A DNA stretch of 63,890 nt, the filler included, from Xylographa opegraphella (taxonomy: Eukaryota), in NCBI GenBank assembly GCA_022813865.1. It is 3 parts of 3 records of this genome, joined end to end, with 100 filler letters (N's around TTAATTAATTAA, not from the genome) between each part and the next. Parts side by side here need not be neighbours in the genome. Positions count along the whole stretch, not along the records: positions 28,133 to 55,757 come from JALDZX010000124.1; positions 55,858 to 63,890 come from JALDZX010000192.1; 1 more part is not named here. One strand, written 5' to 3'. Position 1 is the first letter of the stretch; each line of letters opens with the position of its first letter. Shown in pieces: positions 50,825-63,725 of this stretch. The notes under the pieces were generated by a model. That model was not told where the DNA came from and did not search any database. It saw only the letters and a program-made list of their open reading frames with translations. A program made the translations under genes and the position numbers.

Positions 50825-53800
50825 TCAGGTATCGATACGCGACTGCTTGAAGAGTGATTTTCCCTTTAACCATTGCCGGTAAGCCTTGTATCGTTTCTTT
50901 GGCGTATCTGCATCGGTAACGGTGAGCGGATCGTCTCCAATGTAAATGAATTCTAGAAAATCTGCCGTGTCCTCTTCGGTGGACTGGAGGCTTCCCAGTG
51001 TATCTGCAGAAGCCCTCTGGATATAGTCGACCAAATCCAGGCTCGGCGTTGGAGGTGCATCACTCGATATCACCAGAGGTAGGTTCAAGGGATGGCTGAT
51101 ATAGCGTCCATATTCATCCTTCTCAGCCGAGGTGACGAAGGGATTCAGCGAGTTGACTACAAACTGGTTGAGAGTCCATTGAGCTATTGCAGATTTGTCA
51201 GTGGGACTCTTGGGGCTTTTTAGTCCTTGATCGGGAAATCTTGTGCTTTCCAGTTGGTCTACACCTGAGATGCCAAGCGTGTCCTGGCTTTCAGGCCTAG
51301 CCTTGTCCGACTTTAGAAGCGAAGAATCGGGCTTTGACACAGCGGACAATTTGGTCACATCTGTAGGTACGGCATGGCTGGAGGTTTGAAACTTAACATG
51401 AAGGCTCTCACCAATGACGGGGTCACTACCAGGCCGGCGTCTTTCTGAAGTTTCATGCTCGTTGCCCGATCTCACACGAAAAGGGCTAAGATCGTATCTG
51501 CTTTCTTGAGTCGATTTGAATGGGGTGTAGCGCAGGGTTGAGTTCATCCGATATGAGAAGATTTTCTGGAACGAGGAGACTGCTAGCGGTCTATAGTATT
51601 CTAGCCAGTAATCGTCAAGATACTCAAGCGAATTTTGCGCAGACAATCCCTTTTCAAGAGGCAGAGCGGGCATTCTTCGTGTCTCGAGATGGGTTGGCTT
51701 ATACCAGTCAACGTAACTTCGTCGGTTATTTATAGACCACGCCCGAGGATCTGAATGATGGAGGTAATAATCTGTGGATAGATCCCAAAGCATTGGTTGC
51801 CCTTGGGTAAATGTATAGTTACCGAGGAATAGATTGTAAGCTTCCTGCCGTTGCCCATCAAGAAATGAGTTGTTATAGTAACGTTTGAAGCTCTCAACCA
51901 TATCCCTTGAATGGCTTGTCCACTGATTTATTTTTCTATACGTTTCCATCGTGTTGACAAGGTGCGAGCCTCCATATTGGATTGCAATAGTATCTCCATG
52001 ATCATGGTACCTTAAAACGTTAGAGATTGAAAAACACCGAGCAGGTTCAAGTCGTACATGTGAGTAAAAAGGTTGACAGCATCAGTGTCATACTCGATAG
52101 ATGTGTCGCTAATAACTCCAAGTGCATGTAGTTGGTGGCCAAGAGCAAGCTTGCCAATGACAAACTGAGCTGCATTCGTCCGATCCAGACAGTCAATGCA
52201 ATTTGTCCTTGCGATGCCATTTTGCATCTTCGCATTCTCTTCATCGTTACCGTCACCGTTGTGGAAGAAACTCGTTGTTTTGAGGACTGATTCGGCGATG
52301 GACTCTAAGGTTCCTATAACATCTTGATCTCGGCTAGTAAAGTTATTAAGGTTCAATTACCCAAATCGAAATGAAAGGCAGACCTTTTTGATGCCCGACT
52401 CATATCCCATGCTTTGTATAATATCTTTTTCCCGTCTGGTAGAAACTGATTGAGATACTCGATGGCTTTCGTGTACTCCTTCAGTAAGATGGATTCCCGA
52501 GGAGTTCTTTCCCGAGCCTAAAGCTTTCTAGTAAAAATTGTCTCCTACAGTATGGAGGCAGCGATACCTTAACTAGATTTAGGACAAATACGGGTGATCC
52601 ATATCTTTCGAATAGATTGTCAAAGTGGAGAGCAGCGGCGCCATAAAATGGATCGATCAGGTTGACTATCGTATTTAGCATTTTTCAGAACGCATACTGT
52701 ATACGCTTTCCTTACGCTCAATGTCGGGCTTTGGAGTAACGCCGGTACTGTCTTGCGCCCAGAAAAGTGGAATGCTCCCTCTATGTTGTACATACGATGT
52801 GTAATTGGAATTTGCATAGAGCTTTGGACCTGGAGCATGGAATGAGGTTGTGAGCATCTCCGATACGATCTGTTCTGTCTCGACATCGTTGGCCACATAA
52901 CCCTAAATGCATTTTAGCTCGTCACTGGGTGCAGCCTCCTGGTGTGTTCGGAGATATTACCTTATCATTGGTACCCCGTTTCAGAAATCTCGCGCCGGCA
53001 AAGAAACGGGACCGCCGAGCGATAATCGTGATGTATACCGCTCGTCCATATATTGATAGTGCTGCGCAAATTGATCAATATGGTAGTCTAAAAGAGATAG
53101 AAAATAATATACTGGCTTGATCAACGAATCCATGCATAATCGGCAGGCACCAATTATATACGTTCTTCAGGGCCCGTGCTGCGGGTTCCAGCAGGTGCTG
53201 GTTCCAAACGAACATCGCGTTAAAGCTCATCGAGGCAGGCTTTGTGCGACTTTGCAGGAGTGACATTCTTTCACGGGTAATATTGTGCTGCAAGGTATGT
53301 GTAATATCATAAGAATAACTAAAATAAAAAGACCTTGACAGATCAAGGTTGCTCAAGATACCGACGAAACGGGCTTCGTCGGGGTGTCTGTCTGACTTGA
53401 AGCGAGTTACGGAAGCCGTACTGAGGGACACGAGTTCGGTTCCGTCAACCTGATAGATGTAATGCCCTCCAATCATGGCCACTTGGCTCCTTTTAGTGAT
53501 CAACAGCATGTAATAGTCACCTGTAAATCTGATGAAGCCGAGTAGACCCCAGGCGGTGCTCCTCAATTTTAAGCCGCCAGAGCTTTTGTTGCCTTCATCG
53601 AGAGCATTCAAAAGTTGGTTCATCTCTTTCTTGGTGTAAACTATATCGTCCTCCGCGAGGTTCAAGTCCTCCGACTCAGTGGTCCTATTAATTTTTAAGA
53701 TTCTGAATTTGCGATCCAATACATCGGCACCGACGAGAAAGAAACGACTGGCGGTCTCGTAGAAAGAGAATTTGTGCATTGTAGAGATACCATCATTGCC

Positions 53801-54136
53801 CACCTTGTCGTACTGAGCGCCACGGTTCCTGAGAATCACCGAGTTCGGACTGGGAGACCTCTCATAAGCTCTAGTTACCAAATCCTCCTCAGACTCCAGC
53901 TCAAGCTCCGACTGCATTGGCGGTAGCGTGTGCAGAATTGAATCTCTACTTGATATGTGCGGCATTGAAACGCGACCGAGTACCTCATCTCGACTCTCGG
54001 TCGAAATTTTTGGCCCTTTTTTAAGCTCTTCCTCAACGTCCAACTTATTAGCAATGCTGGATGAAACATCTGCCATCAAACCATGTCCAGCGAGTGAAGT
54101 GTCGGGAATGGACATTGACATTGAGGATCTGCTCAT
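50825..54136 (-). CDS. FIG4: SAC-domain polyphosphoinositide phosphatase Fig4, multi-exon
   Basis: [48 protein letters not shown] and the catalytic [15 protein letters not shown] (CX5R). Confidence 0.95.
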
Positions 54137-54722
54137 TAGGACCCTGCGGGTCCATGCAAACAGGCTAACATGACAGATATATCAAGCACCGAGACAAAGA
54201 AGCTTTGAACGGGTGGAAAACTGTCCACCGGGAATCGTGCCCACGTTGCCTGAGTATCTCAGACGGGGTACACTAAGCCCCTTCGGCCCTTCGGGTTCGA
54301 CTTTTAATCCTTTTTTTTTACTATTTTAATAGTATACTGTCGCAGGCGGAGCCGCTAACGGCTCGCCTAATCGCATTAATAAGCGACCTGCCCGATTCGG
54401 TACAAAGCATTACGAAGGTTCGGGTATCGAAAAGAAACTTTCGCCCGCTCGAACAGGTATTTTATATAATCGTAAACCTTTTTATAATATTTATAATATT
54501 ATTACGTTTTTTATACATTATATTACTTTGTATTGTAATAGTTATTAACCCGAAATCACTTTAATAAATAATCAATTTTTTAATTATTTAATTTAACATT
54601 TTATTTTAAATCAATAAAGCCTTTAATTTAATTAAAAACTATTTGAATTTTATTTAAAATTGTAGAAATTTAATAGAAATAAAAATTTTCGAAAATCTTC
54701 GACAATTAAAACGATGAATACA

Positions 54723-54840
54723 TAATAAGATTCTGACCAATGTTGTGTGGAACAAGGGTCGGGGGAACCTTATTCCGGATGCCTCCTCTGCCTCCTCAGG
54801 AGGTATGGGAGGCATGACCCCCTTTGCCTCAGTGGCCTTC
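54723..54840 (+). mobile_element. 5' part of a family C LTR, interrupted by another C element
   Basis: Starts taataagattctgacc (from tgataaggttctgacc), and a second LTR start follows at 54841. Confidence 0.8.
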
Positions 54841-55694
54841 TGATAAGGTTCTGACCAATACTGTGTGGAACAGGGATCGGGGGAACTATAACCCGATGCC
54901 TCCGTTGCCTCCACGTCCTCGTCTACGGAAGCATGGAAGGCCCAGGAGGTATTTTAAAACAGAACTTCTATATAAAGCGGAGGATTTCCTTACTGTAGAA
55001 GGCGTGTTCAACTCATGTTATGATCTTAGGATAGTAGGCTTCAATATAAACCTCTTGTACGAAGACTATTACTTTTAGAGAACTATAAGACTGTTACGAT
55101 GCCTTCCTATTTATTTATTAACGAATTCAATCTAGATCCTTAATCGAACTATACTAGTGAGAAGCAGGATCGTAATATTTTGAACATCTTTAAAATAAGT
55201 GTATCAGGAGCACGACCAAATCTACCCCCAAGTGTTGCAGGAGGCAACAGAAAAGACACCACAGGAGAAGATAATCGCGTCAAGATAGAGAGACCTAATA
55301 AGTATAAAGGAGATAGGGACCACCTAAAGGACTGGCTCATGCAGATGGACCTGTTCTTTGGGTTCCAAAAAAACAGTATCCCAGAGTTAAAGAAATTACT
55401 CTTCGCCATTACGTACATGCGAGGACAAGCTTAGAAATGGGTAATCCTTTATCTCAAAAAACATCTCGAAGACCCTAACAACGAAGACTTTAGGTAATTA
55501 AAAAGCTTTGCAACGTTCAAGGTCGAAATTCGAAGAGTTTTCGAACTATTAAACGAGAAAAATACGGCAATACGAATTATATAGCATTTTAGATAAAAGA
55601 GATTTTGTGCGAAATACTCAACTTGATTTCAACAGTTTGCAACTTAAATTGAATAGAACGATAATACTTTAATTATAATATACCGTAAGGGACT
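54841..55694 (+). mobile_element. Family C element: 5' LTR (54841-55177) plus gag fragment
   Basis: Gag-like KIERPNKYKGDRDHLKDWLMQMDLFF. Homologous to the reverse complement of ~13630-14510. Confidence 0.88.
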
Positions 55695-55918
55695 TGTTAT
55701 GGCTCATCAACTCACCACGCAAGCACGCCTAGAACGTAAGCTTTAGGTGGACGATTTNNNNNNNNNNNNNNNNNNNNNNNNNNNNNNNNNNNNNNNNNNN
55801 NTTAATTAATTAANNNNNNNNNNNNNNNNNNNNNNNNNNNNNNNNNNNNNNNNNNNNAGGTGCTAGTCCTGATCCAGCCCGACCCCTATTACTTGTGACT
55901 GATGTCATAATCGTCACA
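55695..55918. mobile_element. Two family B LTR halves on either side of an artificial spacer
   Basis: B start at 55695 and B end at 55918. The flanks GGACT and ACTGA do not match, so these are probably different copies. Confidence 0.75.
55758..55857. other. Artificial contig-join spacer (N44-TTAATTAATTAA-N44)
   Basis: Same structure as 28033-28132. Confidence 0.95.
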
Positions 55919-55920
55919 AC

Positions 55921-58900
55921 TGATAAAATTCTGATGCCTCCCTGAGGAGGTATAAAAGGCGTGACCCTTTACCTTGATGGCCTCCCTCGGGAGGCATAGA
56001 AGGCATTTTAAAACAGAATTTTTATATAAAATAAAGAATTCCCTTTATTGTAAAAAACGGTATTCAACTCATATTATGATCTTAGAATAATAAGCTTCAA
56101 TATAACTATTGATACGAAAACTTTTACTTTTAGAAAACGATTAATTTATTACTATGCCTTTTTATTTATTTATTAACGAATTTAACCCAAATTCTTAATT
56201 AAACTATATTAGTGAGAAGTAAAATCGTAACATTTTGAATATTTCAAAATAAATATATTAAAAACACGATCAAATTCAACCCTAAGCGTTGCAGAAAGCA
56301 ATAAAAGAAATATTGTAAAAGAAAACGATCGTATCAAGGTAAAAAAAACCGATAAATATAAAAAAAATAGGGATCACCTAAAGAACTGGCTTATACAAAT
56401 AAATATATTCTTCGAGTTTCAGGGGAACAGTATCTCAGAACTCAAAAGATTCCTCTTCATTATTATATATATACGAAAACAAGTTTAAACATAAATCGCC
56501 TTTTATTTTAAAAAAAACATTTTAAAAACCTTAACGACGAAAACTTCAGATGATTAAAAAACTTTGCGATATTCAAAATCGAAATTAAAAGAATTTTCGA
56601 ATCATCGAATAAAAATATATAATAATATAAATCATATAGTATTTTAAGCAAAAAGAATGTTATATATCATATTCGACTCATTTTAACAATTTGCTACTCA
56701 GACTGAATAAAACGACGACGTTTTAATAATAATATATCGTAAAGGATTTAAAAACTCGATAAAAATAAATTATTAAAAACTGGTGCCGTAATCGAAACTA
56801 TAAATTAAATAATCGAAATATATATAAAAATTAGCGATAAACTGTACGAAAGGGCTATAAAACGCAGATACGAAATCGAAGATATAATAAAAACTAATCA
56901 TTAAAAAGGCGACTTTAAAGCAAAAAAAAATTATATAAAACGCCAAACCTTTATAAATCAATATCAGTAGAAATAAATATATTTCAGAAGCAAAAGCAGG
57001 GATTTAGAAAATAACACTTACGGGGTAAAAAAACAGAAATTACCTATTACGTATATAAAAAAATCGATCACATCGTTAAAAACTGTCGATCAAAGAACAA
57101 GATGTTTAAACCATAAATAAATAAATATTTAAAATATTTAATAAAGTCGAAACTTAAAAAAAAAGACAATTAACTGTTTTTATACAAGGAAAAAAATACG
57201 AAACTCACTTTAATTCCAAGCGACCAGGTTAGTACCAACAAAAAATATAAAAAAGTTAAAATCAACACTCAGTACAGGGAAAATAGCCCTTGGGTGCAAA
57301 TCAACAATAATAAAAAACGATTTAAATATCAGTAATTTGTAAATTAAGGAAATCCCGAGAAATAAAATATCGAGCTAAACAATCTCGAAAACTGAATTTA
57401 TAAAAAAATTAACGAGCCAACAACGCCGATAAAAACCAGGAAAATAAATATGTTATGAAATTATCAAGTAAATTCGAAATATTTATATTATAATTTAATG
57501 CATAATAATGCTTGTACAAACACGCACTGCAAGATTCATTAAAAAATTATAATTATAATGGTTATGTAGGAAAGGTCTATTGTAGTATTTAAATTAAAAA
57601 TAAATACTTTAAGAATAAGTACCCTCGACACCTTCGAGAAAACCGAAAATATTTATATTTTGCAGAATATACACGAGAATTTTATAATAATTTTATTATA
57701 TATAAAGCCCGCCTAAAAAAAGCAACTGCGGAAATTCATTATGGCAATAGTATTTTTATAAATAATATATACTATAAATAAAAATTCAAGAAATCCACGG
57801 CTATCTCGAACAGGAAAAAAAATTATATATTATAAAAAATATATAAAAATTAATATAATATACTTTAAGATATACTGGAAAAAATTTAACTATATAAATT
57901 TTATAAAAATTTCGATTAAAATAAATAATCATCGAACAACCGCATTATTAAATATTAAAATCAACTCGAATTATATATTTAATATTTTCGTAAAGAGCTG
58001 CGACTTCAAGTCTTTAATTTCAAAATAGGTTCAAATAATAATAGCCGACGAATTATTAAAAAACTGTATATTAAGCCACTTTTTATAATTATTTATTAAT
58101 ATTATGAAAGAATAGTCTTTAATATAATTATCATAGCCAGGTACTATATTATTCTAAATTTATTTAATGAATCAATGTTAAGGTTCTCACCTTCACAGGG
58201 TAGGGCTAAGACACTAGGGGACTAGCGCCCGGTCGAGAGACGGCCCGACCCCATGCCCCTTTCGCCCCTCGCGCCCCTCAGGGGGCATCGGGGGCACCAG
58301 GGGGCGCCTCAGGAACAGGACTTCTATATAGAGTGGAGGATCTCCTATGTTGTAGAAGGCGTGTTCAACTCATGTTATGATCTTAGACTACTATACAATA
58401 CTGTACGAAGACTATTAGACTGGAGCATTAAGACTGCATCGTGACTTCCTATCTACTCATTGACGAATCCAACCCAGATCCCTAATCGAACTATACTAGT
58501 GAGAGGCAGGATCGTAACAATCAAGTACAACGTGTTTCTGAATTAAAAAAAATTTATCAAAAAATTATATTAATCGTGTTATTAATATACATTTTATACA
58601 TTAATAAAGAACGATAGTAAATAAAAAAGATCGAAAATCGAAAATCGATCAAGATTATAAAAATTTTATTTTTAAATAAAAACGATTTTAATCGAGGGTT
58701 CGACTCGTATCGCATTAGCAAGGGTTAACAAAACGAATTAAATCAAAGTTTAAAAAAAAGCAACGCATCTCTTGATATCCCTGAAAAATATAAAACGTAA
58801 ACATGGTTTTTTTAGAAAAAGGAAGGGCTTAATACTTTATTTAAATATTAATCTTGGGACTGTGAAATCAACATTGAACCAGGGATGAAGCCAACATTTG

Positions 58901-60061
58901 AATTTATATACAATATATCAGAAAAACAACTTCAAGAGCTTTGCAAATATATTCATAAAAATTTAAAAAAAGATTTCATACGCGAATCAAAATCCTTAGC
59001 AGAATATCCCGTAATATTTATCTTTAAAAAAGACGAAAGTTTAGAACCTTGCATTAATTATCGAAAATTAAAGGATGTTATTATTAAAGATCGATACTCT
59101 CTAACGAAAATCAGCGAAATACGGAACAGACTCGGCAAAGCAAATTTTTTTATCAAATGTAACCTTAAAGGCGCATATAATTTAATTAAAATACAAAAAG
59201 GTAAGGAATGGAAGACTGTATTTCGAAGCAGATATAAATATTATAAATATTAAATTATACCTTTTGGGTTAATTAATATACTAGCTACTTATCAGGTATT
59301 GATCAACAACGTATTAAAGGCATATTTAAATTTAACAGTAATAATTTATTTAAACGATATATTTATTTACTCGAAATCAGCAAAACAATATATAAAATAT
59401 ATACAAAAAATATTTATATATTTAGGAAAAACAGGATTACTTTTTAAATCAAAGAAATATAAATTCAGCAAAAACGAAATAGTTTTTCTAGGATTTATAA
59501 TTAGCAAAAACGAAATGAAAATAAATTTAAAGAAAATACGAGTTATACTCGAATGGCCTTAATCAATAATAGTAAAAATTTTTTTTAAATTCCTAGGATT
59601 TACAAACTTTAACAGAACTTTTATTAAAGATTACTCAAAAAAGGCGATACCTTTAACGAATTTAATATATAAAAATGTGAGCTTTAAATAGAATTCAAAT
59701 CAATAACGAGCCTTTGACATTTTAAAGAAAAATTGTACAGAGCCACCAGTTTTAATAATATTCCAGGTAAACAAAATCTGTAAAAATAAAGACAGACGCT
59801 TCAAACTTAGCCATAAAGTATTTTTATTATAAATATAAAACATGAAATGGTATTCTATTACATATTATTCAAAAAAGATATTACAAGCAAAATAGAACTA
59901 CAACATCCACGATAAAAAATTACTCGTTATAATAATATTTATTTAAAATTAAATAGTATATGCAAAAAGTTGCTCGGAACTTACTATTTATATAAACTAT
60001 AAAAATCTATTGAGTTTTACTACAATAAAGGTATTCAACAGAAGATAAATACGATAGATAA
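55921..60061 (+). mobile_element. Family C Gypsy element: 5' LTR (55921-56232), gag, protease, RT and RNase H; 3' part missing
   Basis: RT fragments at 58885-59253 and 59299-59562. Colinear with the reverse complement of ~10440-14510. Confidence 0.9.
58176..58519 (+). mobile_element. GC-rich solo LTR related to family C, with a different U3
   Basis: TG...CA ends and ATCAA TSD. The 3' half matches C LTRs. Confidence 0.92.
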
Positions 60062-60244
60062 TGTTATGGCTCATCAACTCACCACGCAAGCACGCCTAGA
60101 ACGTAAGCTTTAGGTGGACGATTTCAACCCAGATTAAGATNNNNNNNNNNNNNNNNNNCTCCATGGGCGAGACTATATACTAAAGGTGCTAGTCCTGATC
60201 CAGCCCGACCCCTATCACCTGTGACTGATGTCATAGCCGTCACA
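60062..60244. mobile_element. Family B LTR joining two different C copies, no TSD
   Basis: Flanks are GATAA and ACTAT, and there is an internal N gap. Confidence 0.85.
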
Positions 60245-61012
60245 ACTATATAATTCGTATTGCCATATTCTTTTTGTTTAATAGTTCGAAAATTCTTTTA
60301 ATTTCGATTTTAAATATCGCAAAATTTTTAAATCATTTCAAGTCTTCGTCGTCAGAATCCTTGAAATATTTTTTAAAATAAAGAATAATTTGTTTGTAAG
60401 CTTATTCTCGTATATTTATAATAACGAAAAATAATCTTTTTAATTCTGAAACACTATTCTCTCAAAACCCAAAGAATATATTTATTTATATAAATCAGTT
60501 CTTTAAATAATCCCTATTTTTTTTATATTTATCGATTTTTTTACTTTAACGCGATTATTTTCTTTTATAATATTTTTTCTATTGCTTTTTATAATATTTA
60601 AAATCAAATTTGGTCGTATTTTTAATACACTTATTTTAAAAATATTTGAAGTATTACGATTTTATTTTCTATTAATATAATTCAATTAGGAATTTAGGTT
60701 AAATTCGTTAATAAATAAATAAAAAAATACAGTAACAGATTAATCGTTTTTTAAAAGTATTAATTTTCGTATAGTATTTACATTGAAATCTATTAATTTA
60801 AAATCATAATATAAATTAAACACGTTTTTTACAATAAATAAAATCCTTTGTTTTATATAAAAGTTTTATTTTAAAATATTTTTCATATCTTCTAAAAAAG
60901 CTATTAAGGCGAAGGGGCCATGTCTTTTATACCTTCTGAGAAGGCAAAGGAGGCACCCGGAATAAAGTTCTCCCGACTCTTGTTTCACACAACATTGGTC
61001 AGAACCTTATTA
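60245..61012 (-). mobile_element. Family C 5' LTR (60652-61012) plus gag fragment
   Basis: Colinear with ~13740-14510 but more degraded. Confidence 0.85.
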
Positions 61013-62490
61013 AGTATTATTATTATTTTTTAAAAAATAAACGATTATAAATAATTATAAACGTTAAAGTCAATATTGTATCGATATTCGTTATAATATA
61101 TATTAAAAAAATATTAAAAAAATTCAAAAAAATTCAAATATATAATAAAAATCGCGCAGGAAACTCAAGCAAAATATTATAATAAATATTAATTTTCGAT
61201 AAAATATAGAAAAAAACGATTTAATTTTTCTGCGAAATATAAATATTCGAATAATACGCTTACTGAAAAATTCAATAAATAATATTTTGAATTATTTCGA
61301 ATTTTAAAACGTATTAAAAAATTAATTTATAGGCTAAATCTCCTTAATATATATAATACTTATAATATTTTTTACGTAAAATTTTTTGAATTACGAGAAA
61401 TAAATACGCAAGCTTTAACTATTTGATTTTATATTAAAATAGTAAATAAAAACGAATTATATTAAAAACTTGTAACTAAAGAAATAATATATGTTACGAT
61501 CCTGCCTCTCACTAGTATAGTTCGATTAGGGATCTGGGTTGGATTCGTCAATGAGTNNNNNNNNNNNNNNNNNNNNNNNNNNNNNNNNNNNNNNNNNNNN
61601 NNNNNGTACAGTATTGTATTGAAGCCTAGTAGTCTAAGATCATAACATGAGTTGAACACGCCTTCTACAACATAGAGAATCCTCCCCTCTATATAGAAGT
61701 CCTGTTCCGTGGTGCCTCTCTGCCTCCTGAGGGAGGCAGGGAGGCAGCCGTATTATTGTTCCTCCGCTCCGTGTTTCACACAGTATTGGTCAGAACCTTA
61801 ACAATATAATAAAAATATATAAAGCGTAAATTTAAATATATTTATAAATAGCAGAGTTATAAAGATATAACTATTAAACGAGTAGAAATTATTAAGCAAA
61901 ACGCGCCGGCGTTGATAAATTCTTTTTATAAAAAATACATTTTTTCGTCAGGTTTATTTACTGTTTAATAAATAATTATTTAATTGTATTTCGCTTTTAT
62001 AATTTTATATTTCGTTTATATTTATATTTTGTTAACAGAATTACGTTACGTTCGTGTTATATTTATTATTTTACGTTTTATTTTTATTCTTATTTTATTT
62101 AATAAATTTACGTTACGTTCGTGTTACACTTGCTGTTTCATATTTCATTTATATTCGCGGAGTTTTTATATTTTGTTTATATTGACCTTACACGATCTCG
62201 CTCGTATAAGTAATTTATATTTTTTAAGGCTAAAAAGTATAAAAAAGAGGAAATGTTATAAGGTACAGGATTCGAAATAACGTTCGATTTATTTATTTGC
62301 CTGCCTGTCGGCCTGCTTATTTATCGATTTATTTATCTGCCGGTTTTTGTTTTAAATGTGATTTTTGTTCATTTAAGAAGTTTAATATAAATATAATCAA
62401 AATCTGCGATCCTGAACTCTTCCCTCCTTAATTCCAATTTAATAAATTAAATATACTTTGCACCCCGAGCTCAAAACCTTGCATTTCACA
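61013..62490 (+). mobile_element. 3' part of a family E Gypsy element (integrase end, purine tract, 3' LTR 62257-62490)
   Basis: Colinear with ~15850-17042 and ends in ...ccttgcatttcaca. Confidence 0.82.
61492..61803 (-). mobile_element. Solo LTR, family C variant
   Basis: TG...CA ends and ATATA TSD. Confidence 0.9.
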
Positions 62491-62952
62491 GTTAAAAATT
62501 TAAAAATTATTGTTAAATTTAAAATTTAAAACTTGAGTCGTTTATATTAAAATTAAAAAAAATAACTTTAAAATTTTTGTAAAAAATAAGAAGAAATTCG
62601 AGCGTTCGAGTAAAATATATTCAAAATCAAATTTTGATTTTAATGTATAATTAATGAATTAAACTCGTTTAAAATCGATAACTTTTTTTAAAATTAAAAT
62701 AATAACAAAAATATATATATTAAAGTTATAAAAAAGCAACGTCGAAAGTAATAAAATCGGCGAATTATTATTAATAATAAATATTCTTTAAATCCTTTAA
62801 ACGAAAACGCTTAATTTCTTTTAAGAAAAAATCATAATAAAACTCGTATCAACAAAAAGGAAAATCGGAAATTCGATTAAAAACAAAATTTTTGCGTAAA
62901 AAGCACATCTGCGGAAATAATACAAAATCTTTAATTTTTACATATTTTTTAT

Positions 62953-63128
62953 TGTGAAATAAACGTTTAATTACAGAATTTGTAATCGTGTATTAATAAT
63001 ATGAAAAAACTTAATTTGTAATTATGAAGGGAAACTTTCAGTTATATAGTAACTCGTTAAAATATATAAACAAAACAAAAAAAAGAAGCACAAATCGAAT
63101 TAAAAATTAAAATTCAAAACTTGTGATA
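62953..63128. mobile_element. Degraded solo LTR, family G
   Basis: TTTAT TSD. Homologous to 595-762. Confidence 0.75.
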
Positions 63129-63423
63129 TTTATACATTTTCTGCGTATTTAATACGTTTAATACGTTTAGCAATTTTTTATTAAACTAAAAAATTGAAAA
63201 AAATCTCTCAAAATAAATTATTAAGAATAAAAAAATTAATTAAACAAAAAATACTTTTCGAAAAAAATCGTTTAAATCCCTTGAAGCAGGTTTTTTACTA
63301 TATTTATATAAATAATATAAATACGTAATTAAATCAATTTTACGTAAAAAATCCAAATTCTTAAATTTATTAAATTATATTGAACATTCGTAAAATCATA
63401 ACGTTAGCGAATATTTATAAATA

Positions 63424-63600
63424 ATATTTTAATATTTTAATATTTTAATATTTTAATATTTTAATATTTTAATATTTTAATATTTTAATATTTTAATATT
63501 TTAATATTTTAATATTTTAATATTTTAATATTTTAATATTTTAATATTTTAATATTTTAATATTTTAATATTTTAATATTTTAATATTTTAAAATTTTAA
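63424..63600. repeat. Tandem repeat, 8-bp unit ATATTTTA, about 22 copies
   Basis: Read directly. Confidence 0.92.
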
Positions 63601-63725
63601 AATTTATTTATTATAATTATATTTTGAAAAAGTATTTAAAACGTGTTTTGAACGTATTTTAAATATATTTATTAAAAATTTGAAAGTAAATCTTTTTATT
63701 AAACGTATTAAACGTGTTTAATATA

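Noticed and set aside
52896..52906. TAACCCTAA as a telomerase RNA template
   Set aside because: It lies at a FIG4 exon/intron boundary and is explained by coding and splice sequence.
30181..53120. Many ORFs antisense to or overlapping the housekeeping genes
   Set aside because: They are shadow frames of real exons with no recognisable motifs.
29300..54300. Gene island as cargo of a giant mobile element or a biosynthetic cluster
   Set aside because: There is no tyrosine recombinase or transposase at either edge and no matching termini or TSD. The genes are unrelated core housekeeping genes.
63424..63600. Possible telomeric repeat
   Set aside because: The unit ATATTTTA has no G-rich strand and is internal, with LTR sequence beyond it.
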